A stretch of 64,000 bases of DNA from Ancylonema sp. (taxonomy: Eukaryota): contig JBFLGF010000109.1 of NCBI GenBank assembly GCA_050230475.1, positions 1 through 64,000 on the forward strand, given 5' to 3'. Positions 25,445 to 37,159 of this stretch are shown one piece after another (the first letter of the stretch is position 1; each line of letters begins with the position of its first letter). The translations under genes were made by a program, and so were the position numbers. Below the pieces are notes generated by a model. It saw nothing but the letters and a program-made list of their open reading frames with translations, had not been told where the DNA came from and searched no databases.

Positions 25445-25716
25445 TCGACTAAAATTTATCGACACTTATGTTGACTGGCCAGAACTTGTCGACACAATCA
25501 TTACTTACAAGTTCGGCTGGCATTTGCTGAATAACGACAAGAACTCAAACTACAGCGAACGGATCGGACAAATCGATATAACAACAAAAGTTCACAGCCC
25601 CTAAAAACTAACATCCCGGACCTGGACGCCTCAGCCAAAATTTGATATCCATATTTTTGGAACCCCCGTATTTGTGTGACTTCATAATGAAAACCTTTTT
25701 TTTTTTTTTTTTGCAT

Positions 25717-25753
25717 CTTAGTTGCGTCCCGGAGCGTCCGGGACGCAACTATG
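25717..25753. repeat. 37-bp hairpin made of two abutting TIR ends
   Basis: tagttgcgtcccgga-gcg-tccgggacgcaacta is a perfect 15-bp stem with a 3-nt loop. Confidence 0.8.
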
Positions 25754-27329
25754 CCACTGACCACACAAGAATGTAATTCAAGCACGGTATGTGACTTACC
25801 AACGAAGTTTGTCGTAGCTACTACTCGCCGAAAGCTGAGATGCACTCAACGCTAAGTGGTGGGAGGTCTAGAAACAACAATAAGATTAATCAGGCGTTGC
25901 AGATTACATCACTTCACAACAGGTGACAGCTACTGGTAAAAAGGACGCAAGGCAAATAGTTATAGAATTTATACAAGGGTTGCAGAATTATAGATATTTG
26001 GTTGAGGCGGAGTGCGCACTCACTATTGGTTACGATAATCAAGCGTTGTCGTGAATGAAACGATTCACTAGATCTGGAACGGGTGCAGGCAATTCAAAGG
26101 AATAATTGTATGGCTGAGCTCGCACGAAACGGTGCAGCGAATTGTAACGATTTCTGATGTCAACAAAACGGCTGGCAATCAACGACTTGCAAGGGTCACG
26201 ATTTTGCATGGGTAACGATAATCCTGACTACGGCATAATTTCACACGATGCGTATGCAAAACGGCACACGAATTTATAATCACTTGAGATGCGACAGCAC
26301 GCACAAGCAAAAGAGCAATTTCACAGAACTTACGGCTGAATAGAGCGACGCGAACTTTGCAAAAAATCATATAGATTATCAAAGGCAAAACGGCACACTT
26401 GATAACGATTGTTGACGATTTCAGAATAAAAAAAAACACAGAGATTGCAACAAAATGACGATTGCAAAGAGTTGTTGAAATTCAAACAGCGTAAACTGAC
26501 AGCGGAAGTTGGCAGTTCAGAAGGCGACTTAGGCTTTAGTATAATCGACGCGTCGTTTCACACGCGCGGTAATCTAGATCTTATCTAGATCTAAGGCTGA
26601 AAAAAAAAATCGTGACTGATCGTTACTGCTAATCGTGACTGTCTATTCTAGAGTTTTAGATTTTACACGTGCGGTAGTTCACCAGCTAGGCTGGCTGACT
26701 GAAATAAAGCTCGGCGCGCACTAGGAATCTACTAACTCGTCGATACGACAAAATACTCCTAATTAAAATATAAAAAGTGGTACACCGACTTTTCTAGGTT
26801 CATTTAGTATAACAAAATTATCAAATCAATCGTCTGACTGATCGAAACTCATATAACGACAGAGTTCGATATAACGACTAAAAATCGATATTTACCAAAA
26901 TTGCTATTGTTCAAGCGGATTGACAATTAAAAATACTTTACTTTCTAAAGATCTCTAGCGGCATGAAATTTGACGTGCCAGATGGAGTCGGCAGATAGCT
27001 TGTCGACGAAATCTCACAAAGACAAAGAAATCGATAGATTTTGGGAAAATCTGCAAAACTGGACTTTTTATATTTTTCTTCGTCGATGAAAATGACGGAT
27101 GATGGTTGATGACTTGGCTGCTTTTCTGGGTGAGAAGCATCAGGATTGGGCCTTGGGTCATCATCTGGATCTCACTCCCCCCCCCAGCTACGAAAACTCC
27201 GCGTCGGAGGCTGGGACACATGGACAAATGATGTGCAGCAGGGTTAGGATGAAGTGTAGAATGCCTAGTTTCTTGTGGCTCACAGTGGAGACATGCGTTT
27301 TCTCATATGTAGTGCAAACACGCCCAAGT

Positions 27330-27530
27330 TGGTGAGGGAGACCGAATTGCATGGGTTTCCAGTAATAGGCATGATTATAGTGGCCTGAGTCATACTGAAG
27401 TTGAATTGCATGCAAGGGTAAAGGGAATTGTTATGCAATAAAATTCGGATTGTTGACAGGTGGTGAGACAGCAAGGACCGACACACGGTCGTGATCTACT
27501 CTAGATTCTCGCCAAGGTGTGCAACGTGAA
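27330..27530 (-). pseudogene. Highly eroded reverse-transcriptase remnant
   Basis: YYWKPMQFGL resembles the Gypsy RT motif Y.W..MPFGL, and WRESRVDH resembles R.CVDY. No YxDD, RNase H or integrase follows before the LTR. Confidence 0.4.
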
Positions 27531-27979
27531 GTTTCTTCAGAGAGTGGTGGTGAGTGGCAAATCATATCTGGAACTTTTGCCAAAAAATCAGGAATTTCCT
27601 TTTCAACTTGTAATAACTTGGTTGCATTTGCAGTGAGGGACTTTGTGGGAGTGATGACTGGCTGAGAGCAAGGGTAAATAGTTTTCCATGATGTCGAAGT
27701 TTTGGGTGAACTAGAAGCGGTAGAAAATGCACTAGGGGTTTTCCAAGGTTCGTCATTAAGTGGTGGTGGAATTGCCAATGACGCAAGGAGAACTGAATGT
27801 GCAGGTTTCTTTTTTTTACTGTGTTTCTTGGGTTTCGGATGCAGGGGTTGGGTGACAGGATGCATTGGAACTTTGGTGGAGTTGGCCTTGTGCCTCAAGA
27901 AGGATGGTGGGGAATACCAGAGAGTTGAGGTGAGGCGCTGTCCCTATGGGTTGTAGGTTGCCATGATGATGAATGCCAG

Positions 27980-28945
27980 CTAGTGGGTGACGTGACGATC
28001 CAGGGACAAACCAAGGGTGCTGCGACGTTGAGCGGCGGTGCGTATCATTCCCACAAGTCCCGCTGTAGCTCCCGGGGTGAAGCCCATGGCACGTTCTAGA
28101 TCATATGGTGAGGATGTAATGTAGGTCCCAGATTGTTGCTCATACACCATGCCCTCGCCTGGGTGACCGGTGGCCGGATCAATGGTGAAGTCAAAACTGT
28201 CGGGGTACGGGGTGATAGATGGGAATGCACGTCGGGGTTGCCCAACAATGTTCACAATTGGGGATTGCACATCACTGGTGAGCATTGGTGTCGGGAAATG
28301 GCCTGGTTCCAAGATATTTGCAAGTTGACAGCCAATGGTTCCGGCAGGCAAGCAGGCCTCGAGGAGTCGGGTTGGCATGTGGTTATGCCACACAAGGGTT
28401 GAACGTCGGTTGTTGGAGTTCACCGCGGTTGCCTCGATGACGGCTGGGTGTCCATGGAAAGTGGTAACCAATGAGTACATCTCTGCGAGCCAGGGTGGTG
28501 AATCCAAAAACCTGTGGGTGAAAAAAATGTATCGGGGAGGGTGATCTTGGATGTCTGATAGGTTGTGCAGGACTCTGAGCAGCGCGAGTAAAGGGTACAC
28601 ACGGTGTTCGAAGCCCCCCCTAAGTGGACTAAAGGTGACCTCCGTTTCCTTGTTCCAATTCCCCCCCATAATGTCGATTTGGCCGCGCTCGTTGATGAGG
28701 CGCCGGAATGCAGGTTTTGCGGTTTCTTCGATGATGTTGCTCCCCAATCGGCTGCAGCATCTTGCGATCGCGTTGTCGGGGAGTTGTCCACGGAATTGTC
28801 GTTGGGCTTTTTGCAGGGTGAAGTACATAGTCTCTTCGTCCGCCTTGCTTTCCACCTAAGTAGTGTATGTCTCCACAAAGTCGCCGCACTCCAAATGAAG
28901 GTAGAGGACGCTGATGTCGGATCCCCCAAATGGTTCGTAGATGTG
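27980..28945 (-). pseudogene. DNMT3-like C5 cytosine methyltransferase domain with a degenerate active site, inside the LTR element
   Basis: Motifs occur in order in one frame: I HIYEPFGG (28945-28922, upstream of an in-frame TAG at 28858-28856); IV IDIMGGNWNK; VI PPRYIFFTH; VIII GHPAVIEATAVNSNNRRSTLVWHN; then ILEPG, FPSIT; IX ERAMGFTPGAT; X QRRSTLGLSLD. Confidence 0.8.
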
Positions 28946-29223
28946 CTGAGGATGGACGGGTGAAGGGGTGCGATGCCGGCGGGCATGGGTTTGGCTCCTT
29001 GAAACTTGCGTCATTTTCAATGAAGTCGAGGTGGGGAAAGGGTGTAATCCAAACGCAACAATCGTTGACCCATGGTGAGTTGCTCCTCGCGGATGGTGGC
29101 GACATCGTCCACGCTACGGGGTGTGTAGATTCTCAGAGTTAACTCGGCTAACTGCTGGGGTAAAAATGTGGCAAGCAATACCCGGTGGGTGATGATGTAA
29201 GGGTAGCCAAGAATGGTGAGATG

Positions 29224-30583
29224 CTAATCCCTGGGATTCCAAATCGGGAACTTTTGACGGTAACGTACCCGATGCCTATCGATGTCGTCCCCTTCACGGG
29301 GGTCACGCAACTTGTCGTAGTCACGAAGTGCCAAATGGCGTTGTACAGCCGTCGCCATAGCGCTGACTGCTGCCTGGTTTTGAGAAAACTGGGTTGCATT
29401 GTGCTGTGGGGAAGGGATGGGGATAAGAGGGGGCACTGGAGGTTGGGCCTTGGGGTGTGTCGATGGTGGGGGACGCAGGGGAACGGTATGGTACACCGGG
29501 ATAGGCTGAGGTGTCGGCGGAGTTTGGGCTGGGGGAGTGGTCCTCTCTCGATGTACAAGACGTTGCGACTCCGCGCGTGGACTCCGGACTAGTTTCCGAT
29601 CGCCAATGGTGACCGTGGTTCGATGCTGGTATTCCTCAGGTGGAACATTCTTCATGTTGTTGTCGGAGTCGGAGTCCGAAAGTTCCAACTTTACGATGGG
29701 ATCAGCCTTCTCCTTGCCCTTCTTCCTCTCCACCTTGTAGACGGCGATGGCATCCTTCTTCGCCCGCAATGCTGCAGCTTGGTTGAAGATGGTGGTGTTG
29801 GCGTGTTGCATCTCTTCGGCCAAGTTGTCGATTTCTCGTTGACGGCCTGCTCGCAACTCTGCATCAGCGTCATCCACCGTTGCCTCGTCCATGGATGTAG
29901 GCGCCTCGGTAGATTGGATGCGGTCTTTCACGCTCTGCTTCCCACTCTTGCCGGAGTAATGCACGGAGTTCAGCGGTGAATTTGTCTTTATCCACCTTCT
30001 CCCGTTTCACTCGATCCGCATTAGCCTGGGTGCGGATGGCTTCGATCGATGGCGGGGTCATGTGGTGAGGTTCATGAAATGGACTGGTCAGGATAATGTA
30101 GAGTTGCTCTATCGGGGTGAGCTGGGTGTCCGGGTTGAACCCCTGTATCATGGTGTCGACGTATCGATCTATGTTGGGGTGGTCAGCCAAATCCATGAGG
30201 TTCAGCAGGTTAAGTTGAAGCTGCTCCTGTCGATGGTTTTGCTGTTTTCCTTTGTCAGGGTTCTTTGACGACAAGGGTGCTTGCAAGGGACCCTCCTCAA
30301 AGCGATGTCGCACCGTGTCCCGAGGTATCAAACATGCATCGACGTTAGCAGATAAGTACATGCACATTGGTGCTGGCCTAGGTTGCGATGCATTGACGGG
30401 TGGTAAATATGTACCTCCGGCTGTCGATGGTGTGGTGGTAACGGGTGTAGAAGATGGTGGCATCGATGCAGTGGGTGATGCAGCACTTTTTGCAAGTGGT
30501 GTCACTACCGTATTATCGATGTTTTCTTCCGAAAGTATGCATTTGGGTGATAACTTACCCTTTGGTTGTGAGGGTACTTCCAT
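29224..30583 (-). CDS. Uncharacterised frameshifted polyprotein segment between the protease and the DNMT-like domain
   Basis: Overlapping ORFs 30583-29870 and 29964-29224 contain Pro/Thr-rich linkers and charged helical stretches. No family recognised. Confidence 0.5.
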
Positions 30584-30623
30584 GAATCAGGGTATCCTCC
30601 CATCGGACAAATAAAGGAGTTGC

Positions 30624-31226
30624 CTAGGATGATGTCGAACTCCGTCGAGTTTTGCTCCCCAAACTCAGCTCTATCTTTCCTGACGCCGTGATGTATGGTG
30701 CTCCGAGGTACAGGTCAGCTGGTAAGAGTCGGAGGAGTTTGGTGAGGTTGGCACCAATCATGGTTTCTTTGGCACCAATGTCCAACACATTCTCCACTGG
30801 TTTCACGTCGCCCACGAGAAGTACACCTCGCCGGTTAGGCAACATGGTGATGCCGTAATGCTTCGCCAGCCGGTTGTGGTGAGCGGGTAAACGGGCTGAG
30901 TCCTTGAGGAAGGTGGGGTTGGTGGTACGGGCGTTTGCAGGGTCTTGCATGAAGTTCACCAGATCGGCTGCCTCCTGAAGTGTTGACTCCGTCCCTTGAA
31001 CCATGGCTCGTTGGTGCATCAAAATTTCATGTTGACGATCATGGTGAATCTGAGCTTTAGCCAAGGGTAAGGGTGGTGGCACTTCTGAATCATTCATGTG
31101 TTGCAAACTGGTAGTACCGGGTTCAAGTTGCAAAGGATAATGAGGTACGAAAGAATCAGGCATTTTAGTACTGTATCCCTGTCTACGACCATAATCTTCT
31201 CCTTCTCGAGCAACGGTTTCCAACAA
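30624..31226 (-). CDS. Retrotransposon aspartic protease region
   Basis: VLDIGAKETMIG...L...DL..G..YITASGK aligns with the protease at 62918-63388. Confidence 0.75.
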   Translation of the reverse strand: MLETVAREGEDYGRRQGYSTKMPDSFVPHYPLQLEPGTTSLQHMNDSEVPPPLPLAKAQIHHDRQHEILMHQRAMVQGTESTLQEAADLVNFMQDPANARTTNPTFLKDSARLPAHHNRLAKHYGITMLPNRRGVLLVGDVKPVENVLDIGAKETMIGANLTKLLRLLPADLYLGAPYITASGKIELSLGSKTRRSSTSS

Positions 31227-31328
31227 TGTTTCAGGGTGAGGAGTGGGGTACTCCCCAGGTTCTGCATGAGCATCTTGGTAAAGTGGTGTGTCTGGATCTC
31301 TAGTGGGTGAAGGAGACCGTTCTTTAGT

Positions 31329-32593
31329 CTACTGTTCTTCACCGTCACTAGGTGAGCTCTGGTTTGCCGAATGCATGGGGGTGCTAACATCGACGACGAC
31401 TCGCGCACTCTTTTTCTTTCGTTCCTTTCTCTGTCCTTCCTTGTCTACAATGGATGCGACTCTGGGTGATCGACGTGGTGCCATCATATAATGTGAAGGG
31501 AGATTGGGGTAAAGTACCTTGTGTGTCTCATTAGGGGTGAGATTGGTGCTTTCCCTCGCTTGGTTCTCGAGATAGATCAGGGATGAGGTGATCGGACGAT
31601 GCATATACGAAGTTGGTGGCTCACGGCTATCCCACTCGGTTATGGTTGCACCTGCACGGGGTGAAGCATCAACATGAATGGTGAGATTCTGACTTGCCCT
31701 CTTGGCTTTCTTGCATTTTACGACGGTATGGTTAACCCCCCCACAGTGTGCGCAGTGAGCCCCTTGTGTATAGTCAGGCTCTCCATATTGCCGTGTCCGT
31801 CGTAACTTCTTTTGGTTTTCTGGTGCCTGTCCGTAGTTGCCACCCTTAAACGGTACCATTGTTGTGGCTGACGATGGTGAAGGCTTAGGACGTGTCAACG
31901 AAGGTGGTGAATTCGTCGACGATTTTTCTTTGCGGGGTAAGGGACATTCTCTAGAGTAGTGCCCCTGTTGATGACAGTTGTAGCACTCAACCGGCTTGTC
32001 AGGTCGAGATCGCGGGAAATCTGCGGAGAAGCTGACGTGACGCAGGGAAGTGGATGGAGTCCCCTGGTTAAGCTTGAGCGCTCCAAATGTCGACTCGAGC
32101 TGAGGTCCTGCCTCTCCTGCTGCTCGGTACTCAGAGCCAACTTTGGTGAGGGTGAGTTCGAACCTATCAGCTTTTAACATGAGATCTTCGACGGAGATAG
32201 GTGGTGTCGGCGTCGTCTCATACAATTTCTTTTCGGTTTCCTCGATATACCAAATATCAACCAATTCTCGAACTCCGTCCCGTAAATGTTTCTTCACTTT
32301 GACGACCACTTGTTCCGTTGTTCCCCAATCTGTGCAGGTTCTTTGAAGCGATTGTACAAAGAGGAGACAAACTCGGTGGCTGACAAGGGTTTGAAATTCT
32401 GGATTTTGGTGATTTGCTCACTGATAGACTGTCGGAATCGGTCACGTAGTTCCTTGCAAAATTGTGTGAGTTCTCTAGGTTCTGGTCCGTGTAGAGGTGT
32501 CGGTCGTGCCATAGGTGTAGCTAAGAATCTACCCTGTGTTCTCCAGTAGTACATTTCAGAGTTCTTCTCACGATGGGTGTCACGAGTGGCCAT
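31329..32593 (-). CDS. Gag C-terminal part with zinc knuckles (the N-terminal part lies beyond the nested insert, ~35215-35700)
   Basis: CYNCHQQGHYSREC and CAHCGGVNHTVVKC, with a frameshift near 32300. The VPLYSG gag-like fragment is at 35277-35519. Confidence 0.8.
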
Positions 32594-32594
32594 A

Positions 32595-35209
32595 TGTTAG
32601 GACCCTCGCTACAGTCACTAGCGTTCCCTAGCGAGGTCCCCTCACTTAGCGCTAGAGCGCTACTAGCTCAGTTTTCCCTATAGCGAGAATCTGTCCCTAT
32701 ATCGTGAGAGTTGTGTCCCTAGTGGCCGTCTGGCCCCTAGGGAGTATTCTGATGTGTCCTTAGCTCAGGCAGTTGTGCCTTTTTTGATGTGTCATTACCA
32801 TATTCAGATATTCAGAGTGAGTTATCCCAGATTGATCCAATCGACTAGGGCCGACTTTACTATATCTAGTCGATAGGAATGCCTCTAGAGCATTCCTATC
32901 AACTCATGTATTTTTGCACTCCTATTTTTCCACAACCATTCCACTCGGCTCACGCCATTTTGTCCTATCCGGAATTTCGACATCCTCTTGCTTGTGTGCA
33001 CATTGCAAATAGCTTGCTAGGGACGTCTCTTGCATCCGCCCCTAACACTTTGATAGGAACATTTTTTGAAGTTTTTTTTTAGTATATTCTGAAACTGAAC
33101 TTCATTCAGCCGCCTTCTTTTTCATCTTCTACCCATTCTTCCATGTCTTCTCCCAATTTACAAGAAGTCATGGAAGTCTTACGCCAGATGCAACAATCTC
33201 AAGATGAAAAGTTCAGAGTTTTGGCGGATGCAAACAAGGTGCTTCAAGGCAAATTTACAGAGCTTTCGGAACAGTTTGCTTATGAAACTAATTACATGGC
33301 TTCTACAGTCGATCCAGGCGCTTTAGAATCCCAGCCTATCTCTATTCTCCAAGACCTGGTTTCATCTGACCCTCCTAAGTTTGATGGTACATCCAAACAT
33401 GTCACTACATTCTGCAATCAGGTCCGCTCTATGCTCACAGGCTGGCTCCTAAACGGTTCAGCAACCCGGTTCAAACCGTCCACTATGTGGCCAATCTACT
33501 CACTGGGCCTGCCTATGAGTGGTTCTCTAACTACCTAGACGACAATGGGAACCTCCCGGACGGGTTTGGGGCAATTCGGTTGCTGAAAGATCTCCAGGAC
33601 TGCTTTTGGGAGGGAGACACTCGCCTCGCCAAGGAACTCCATTTGTGCGAGCTCAGACAAACGGGTTCCGTGTCAAACTTCACCGTCCACTTCAGGGCAA
33701 TTGTCAAGACCTTTCCCCACTGGCCTGACCACCCCAGCATCTACACCTTCTTCAAAAAGCTCAAACCTGAGCTCCGTCGAGAAATACTCAAAGTGCAGGA
33801 CCCCCCTGAGACCTTCTCTGAATACGTTACCTTTGTCAAGAAGGTGGAGAACAGCATGGCTGCCAGCAGTCTGGATCGACCCTCCAAACCTGCATACATT
33901 CCCCCCTAGGCCAGAGCTGCTGATCAGTTTCCCCAGCAGGTCCCCTCTCACTTGCAGATCGTCCCCATGGACATCGATGGAACCCGCCGCCAGGTCCTGA
34001 AAGTGGAACCAACTGAGATGGCTCGCCGCGTGGCTGGTCACTTGTGCCACTACTGCGGCTTGCCAGGTCATGACACACGGACACGGGCAAGGCCCGCACC
34101 GTGCGCTTCCTGGATCTGCAACACTCAGAACCAAAAAACGACCACCCCACACACTCCTAGGAGGGGTCTGTGTATAAGCTTTCGGGTCCCCTTTCCCTAC
34201 CCCCTTTCAATTCCCCGACTACGTCAAAACGATCCACGACACCCAAGATTTCCTCTAGTCAGCGCTTCGCAAATTCCAGCGGGCGATGGAAACTTCGGCC
34301 AATCGGACGCGCAGATCGGCTCCGATGTTTTCCCCTGGTCAAAAAGTATGGTTGTCCCGTCGCCACGTCGGATCCACTCGTCCTTCCTCGAAAGTGGATG
34401 TCCGTCGCCTGGGTCCTTTTCCTGTGATTGGCCAGATCGGCATCTCGTCTTATCGCTTGGAGCTGCCGTCCTCCCTGAAAACCCACATCCCGTCTTCCAC
34501 GTCAGCCTCCTAGAGCCGTCATGTCGTGGCGCCTCCACCTCCGGTCGTTGTGGACGGCGCGCCACAACATGAGGTGGCCACAGTTCTGGATTCCAAGATC
34601 GTGCGGGCCCTCACAGATTTCAACAACGACAACTAACTCTTTTACCTCGTCGACTGGGTCGGGTACGATGAATCGGAGCGTTCTTGGGAACCCCTGCCGA
34701 CAACATGGGAAATGCTGCTGACGCGGTCGTAGATTTCCATGCCACGTTTCCTGACCGGCCTTCGCCGCCTCCCTCATCGTGTTCCGCGCCTTGAGGGGGG
34801 GGTACTCTTAGGACCCTCGCTACAGTCACTAGGGTTCCCTAGCGAGGTCCCCACACTTAGCGCTAGAGCGCTACTAGTTTTCCCTATAAGTTTTGTCCCT
34901 ATATCGTGAGAGTGAGTTGTGTAGCGGCCGTCTGGCCCCTAGGGAGTATTCTGATGTGTCCTTAGCTCAGGCATTAGCCCGTGTCATTAGCATATTCAGA
35001 TATTCAGAGTGAGTTATCCCAGATTGATCCTAGAGTCGACTAGGGCCGACTTTTCCTATATCTAGCCGATAGGAATGCCACTAGAGCATTCCTATCAACT
35101 CATATACTTGCACTCATATTTTTACCACAACCAGTCCACTCGGCTCGCGCCATTTTGTCCTATCCGGCATTTCGCCATTGCTTGTGTGCACATTCAAATA
35201 GCTTGCTAG
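32595..35209 (+). mobile_element. Nested non-autonomous chromovirus-type Gypsy element (gag + integrase tail + chromodomain)
   Basis: LTRs at 32595-33020 and 34806-35209, with PPT gagggggggggtac before the 3' LTR. Gag has PPKFDG, LRQTGSV, PMDIDG and CHYCGLPGH. The GPY/F tail reads FSPGQKVWL...RLGPF...HPVFHVSLLEP and the chromodomain VLDSK...YLVDWVGYDESERSWEP. No protease, RT, RNase H or integrase core. Confidence 0.92.
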
Positions 35210-37159
35210 CATCACCCCACAAGACAAGAAAACCACATAAGGGTTGCGTCACCAAGATTGTCCTTCCTAAAAAAATTCAGACATCGTGTGCTATTCCCTT
35301 GATGAATTGACCCGCATACTCGATCGTATCCCACTGAACATGTCCGTTCTGTTCGTTCGAAGTTTTGTATCTAAAATATGACCACAGTGCATCCACAAAT
35401 TCTTCTTGCTTGTCACCGACCTCACCAGAATACAAGGGTACTTTCTGTTCAGACATGTCGTCTGTACTGTTGTCAAAAACATTTTCCAAGGTGAGAGTAA
35501 AGGGTAATGTCGGGATCACAACAACGGGTGCTGTGCCTCTGATGGCCTAATTGTATAACGAAGTCTATAGGTGCTTCGTCAAATAGACTTATTGGTAAAA
35601 TTGTTTCGAGTTCACGGAGGTTATTGTCTAACTCGGAAGTGTCTACGTTCGCCAGAGTAGAATGCAATTGACTGTCGGGTGAGACCTTTATCAAACGGTT
35701 GGACAGACTCTCTTGTCCACTGCATACACTAGGATGCCAACATCTAATTTCCCGGTGAGGTAATCCAGAAAGTCTTTCTCTGGTCGGGGTTGATTTTTAT
35801 CGGCAGTTACTACGATTCCAGTATTTGTTTGGTAAAAGTTCAGAGCCACAGTGCTGAGAATAACCAAGGGTGACAGGTAACGGGGTCGGGATTTTTTTTA
35901 ATGGTTTCGTACCTGTCGAAAATTTCAGACCTCGATGTGAAGAAGCTCTTTCGCTGGTTGTTTAGAGTAGATTGGTGTAGGTTGAGTCCCTACTGACCAC
36001 ACAAGAATGTAATTCAAGCACGGTATGTGACTTACCAACGAAGTTTGCCGTAGCTATTACTCGCCGAAAGCTGAGATGCACTCAACGCTAAGTGGTGGGA
36101 GGTCTAGAAACAACAATAAGATTAATCAAGCGTTGCAGATTACATCACTTCACAACAGGTGACAGCTTCTGGTAAAAAGGACGCAAGGCAAATAGTTATA
36201 GAATTTCTACAAGGGTTGCAGAATTATAGATATTTGGTTGAGGCGGAGTGCGCACTCACTATTGGTTACGATAATCAAGCGTTGTCGTGAATGAAACGAT
36301 TCACTAGATCTGGAACGGGTGCAGGCAATTCAGCTTCGATAATCTAGATCTTATCTAGATCTAAGGCTGAAAACAAATATCGTGACTGAACGTTACTGCT
36401 AATCGTGACTGTCTAGTCTAGAGTTTTAGATTTTACACGTGCGGTAGTTCACTAGCTAGGCTGGCCGACTAACTCGTCGATACGACAAAATACTCCGAAT
36501 TAAAATCTAAAAAGTGGTAAACCGACTTTTCTAGATTCACTGAGTATAACAAAATTATCAAATCAAGCGTCTTGCTGATCAAAACTCATATAACGACAGA
36601 GTTCGATATAACGACTAAAAATCGACATTTACCAAAATTGCTATTGTTCAAGCGGATCGACAATTAAAAAGACTTCACTTTCTAACGATCTCTAGCGGCA
36701 TGACACTCCGATTAGTCTTAGGATATAATGGCGATTGTATGCAAACGGCACTTCTAGGTGGATTGGAATTTTGTTAGATGTTTCACCCGCATGCCATGCT
36801 ACATAGAGTGTCTTCTTGAGTTAATGCTCCACTCTGTTGTATCCACGGTTTTTATTTTGATAATGATACGTGGACTAATATATATTCGATAATTATGAAA
36901 TTTAAATCGGTTTTAGATTCGTGCCCATCACACCTCCTACCGATTGATATTGATACATAAGTGGCAATGTAACCGAGAGGGTAAGAGCAACTATGATGTT
37001 CTTCCATCTATAGCTGCTTGTGGTCCGTACGGAAAATCTCAGTCCGCGGCCATTCCGGATTTGGGCACCAATCATTAGGTGAAACCAAGAACTCCTATGG
37101 ATTTTGCTTTTTCATGATGAAGGCACAAAAAGTGGCGGGAGTTTTTCTCGTTTTTTTCT

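Larger units (their letters stand above)
25758..36705 (-). mobile_element. Gypsy-type LTR element carrying a DNMT-like domain (gag - protease - unknown - DNMT-like - RT remnant), interrupted by a nested LTR element
   Basis: LTRs at 25758-26968 and 35994-36705 are closely matching; the right one lacks ~26097-26569. The intact LTR reads TGTCATG...TGGTCA on the minus strand. Gag has a CCHC knuckle (CYNCHQQGHYSREC) and the protease reads VLDIGA. No TSD (gccac / ctccg). Confidence 0.9.

Noticed and set aside
35977..35999. gtaggttgagtccctactgacca resembling a tRNA T-arm plus CCA
   Set aside because: The acceptor strand is too short and there is no cloverleaf upstream. Kept only as a possible priming signal.
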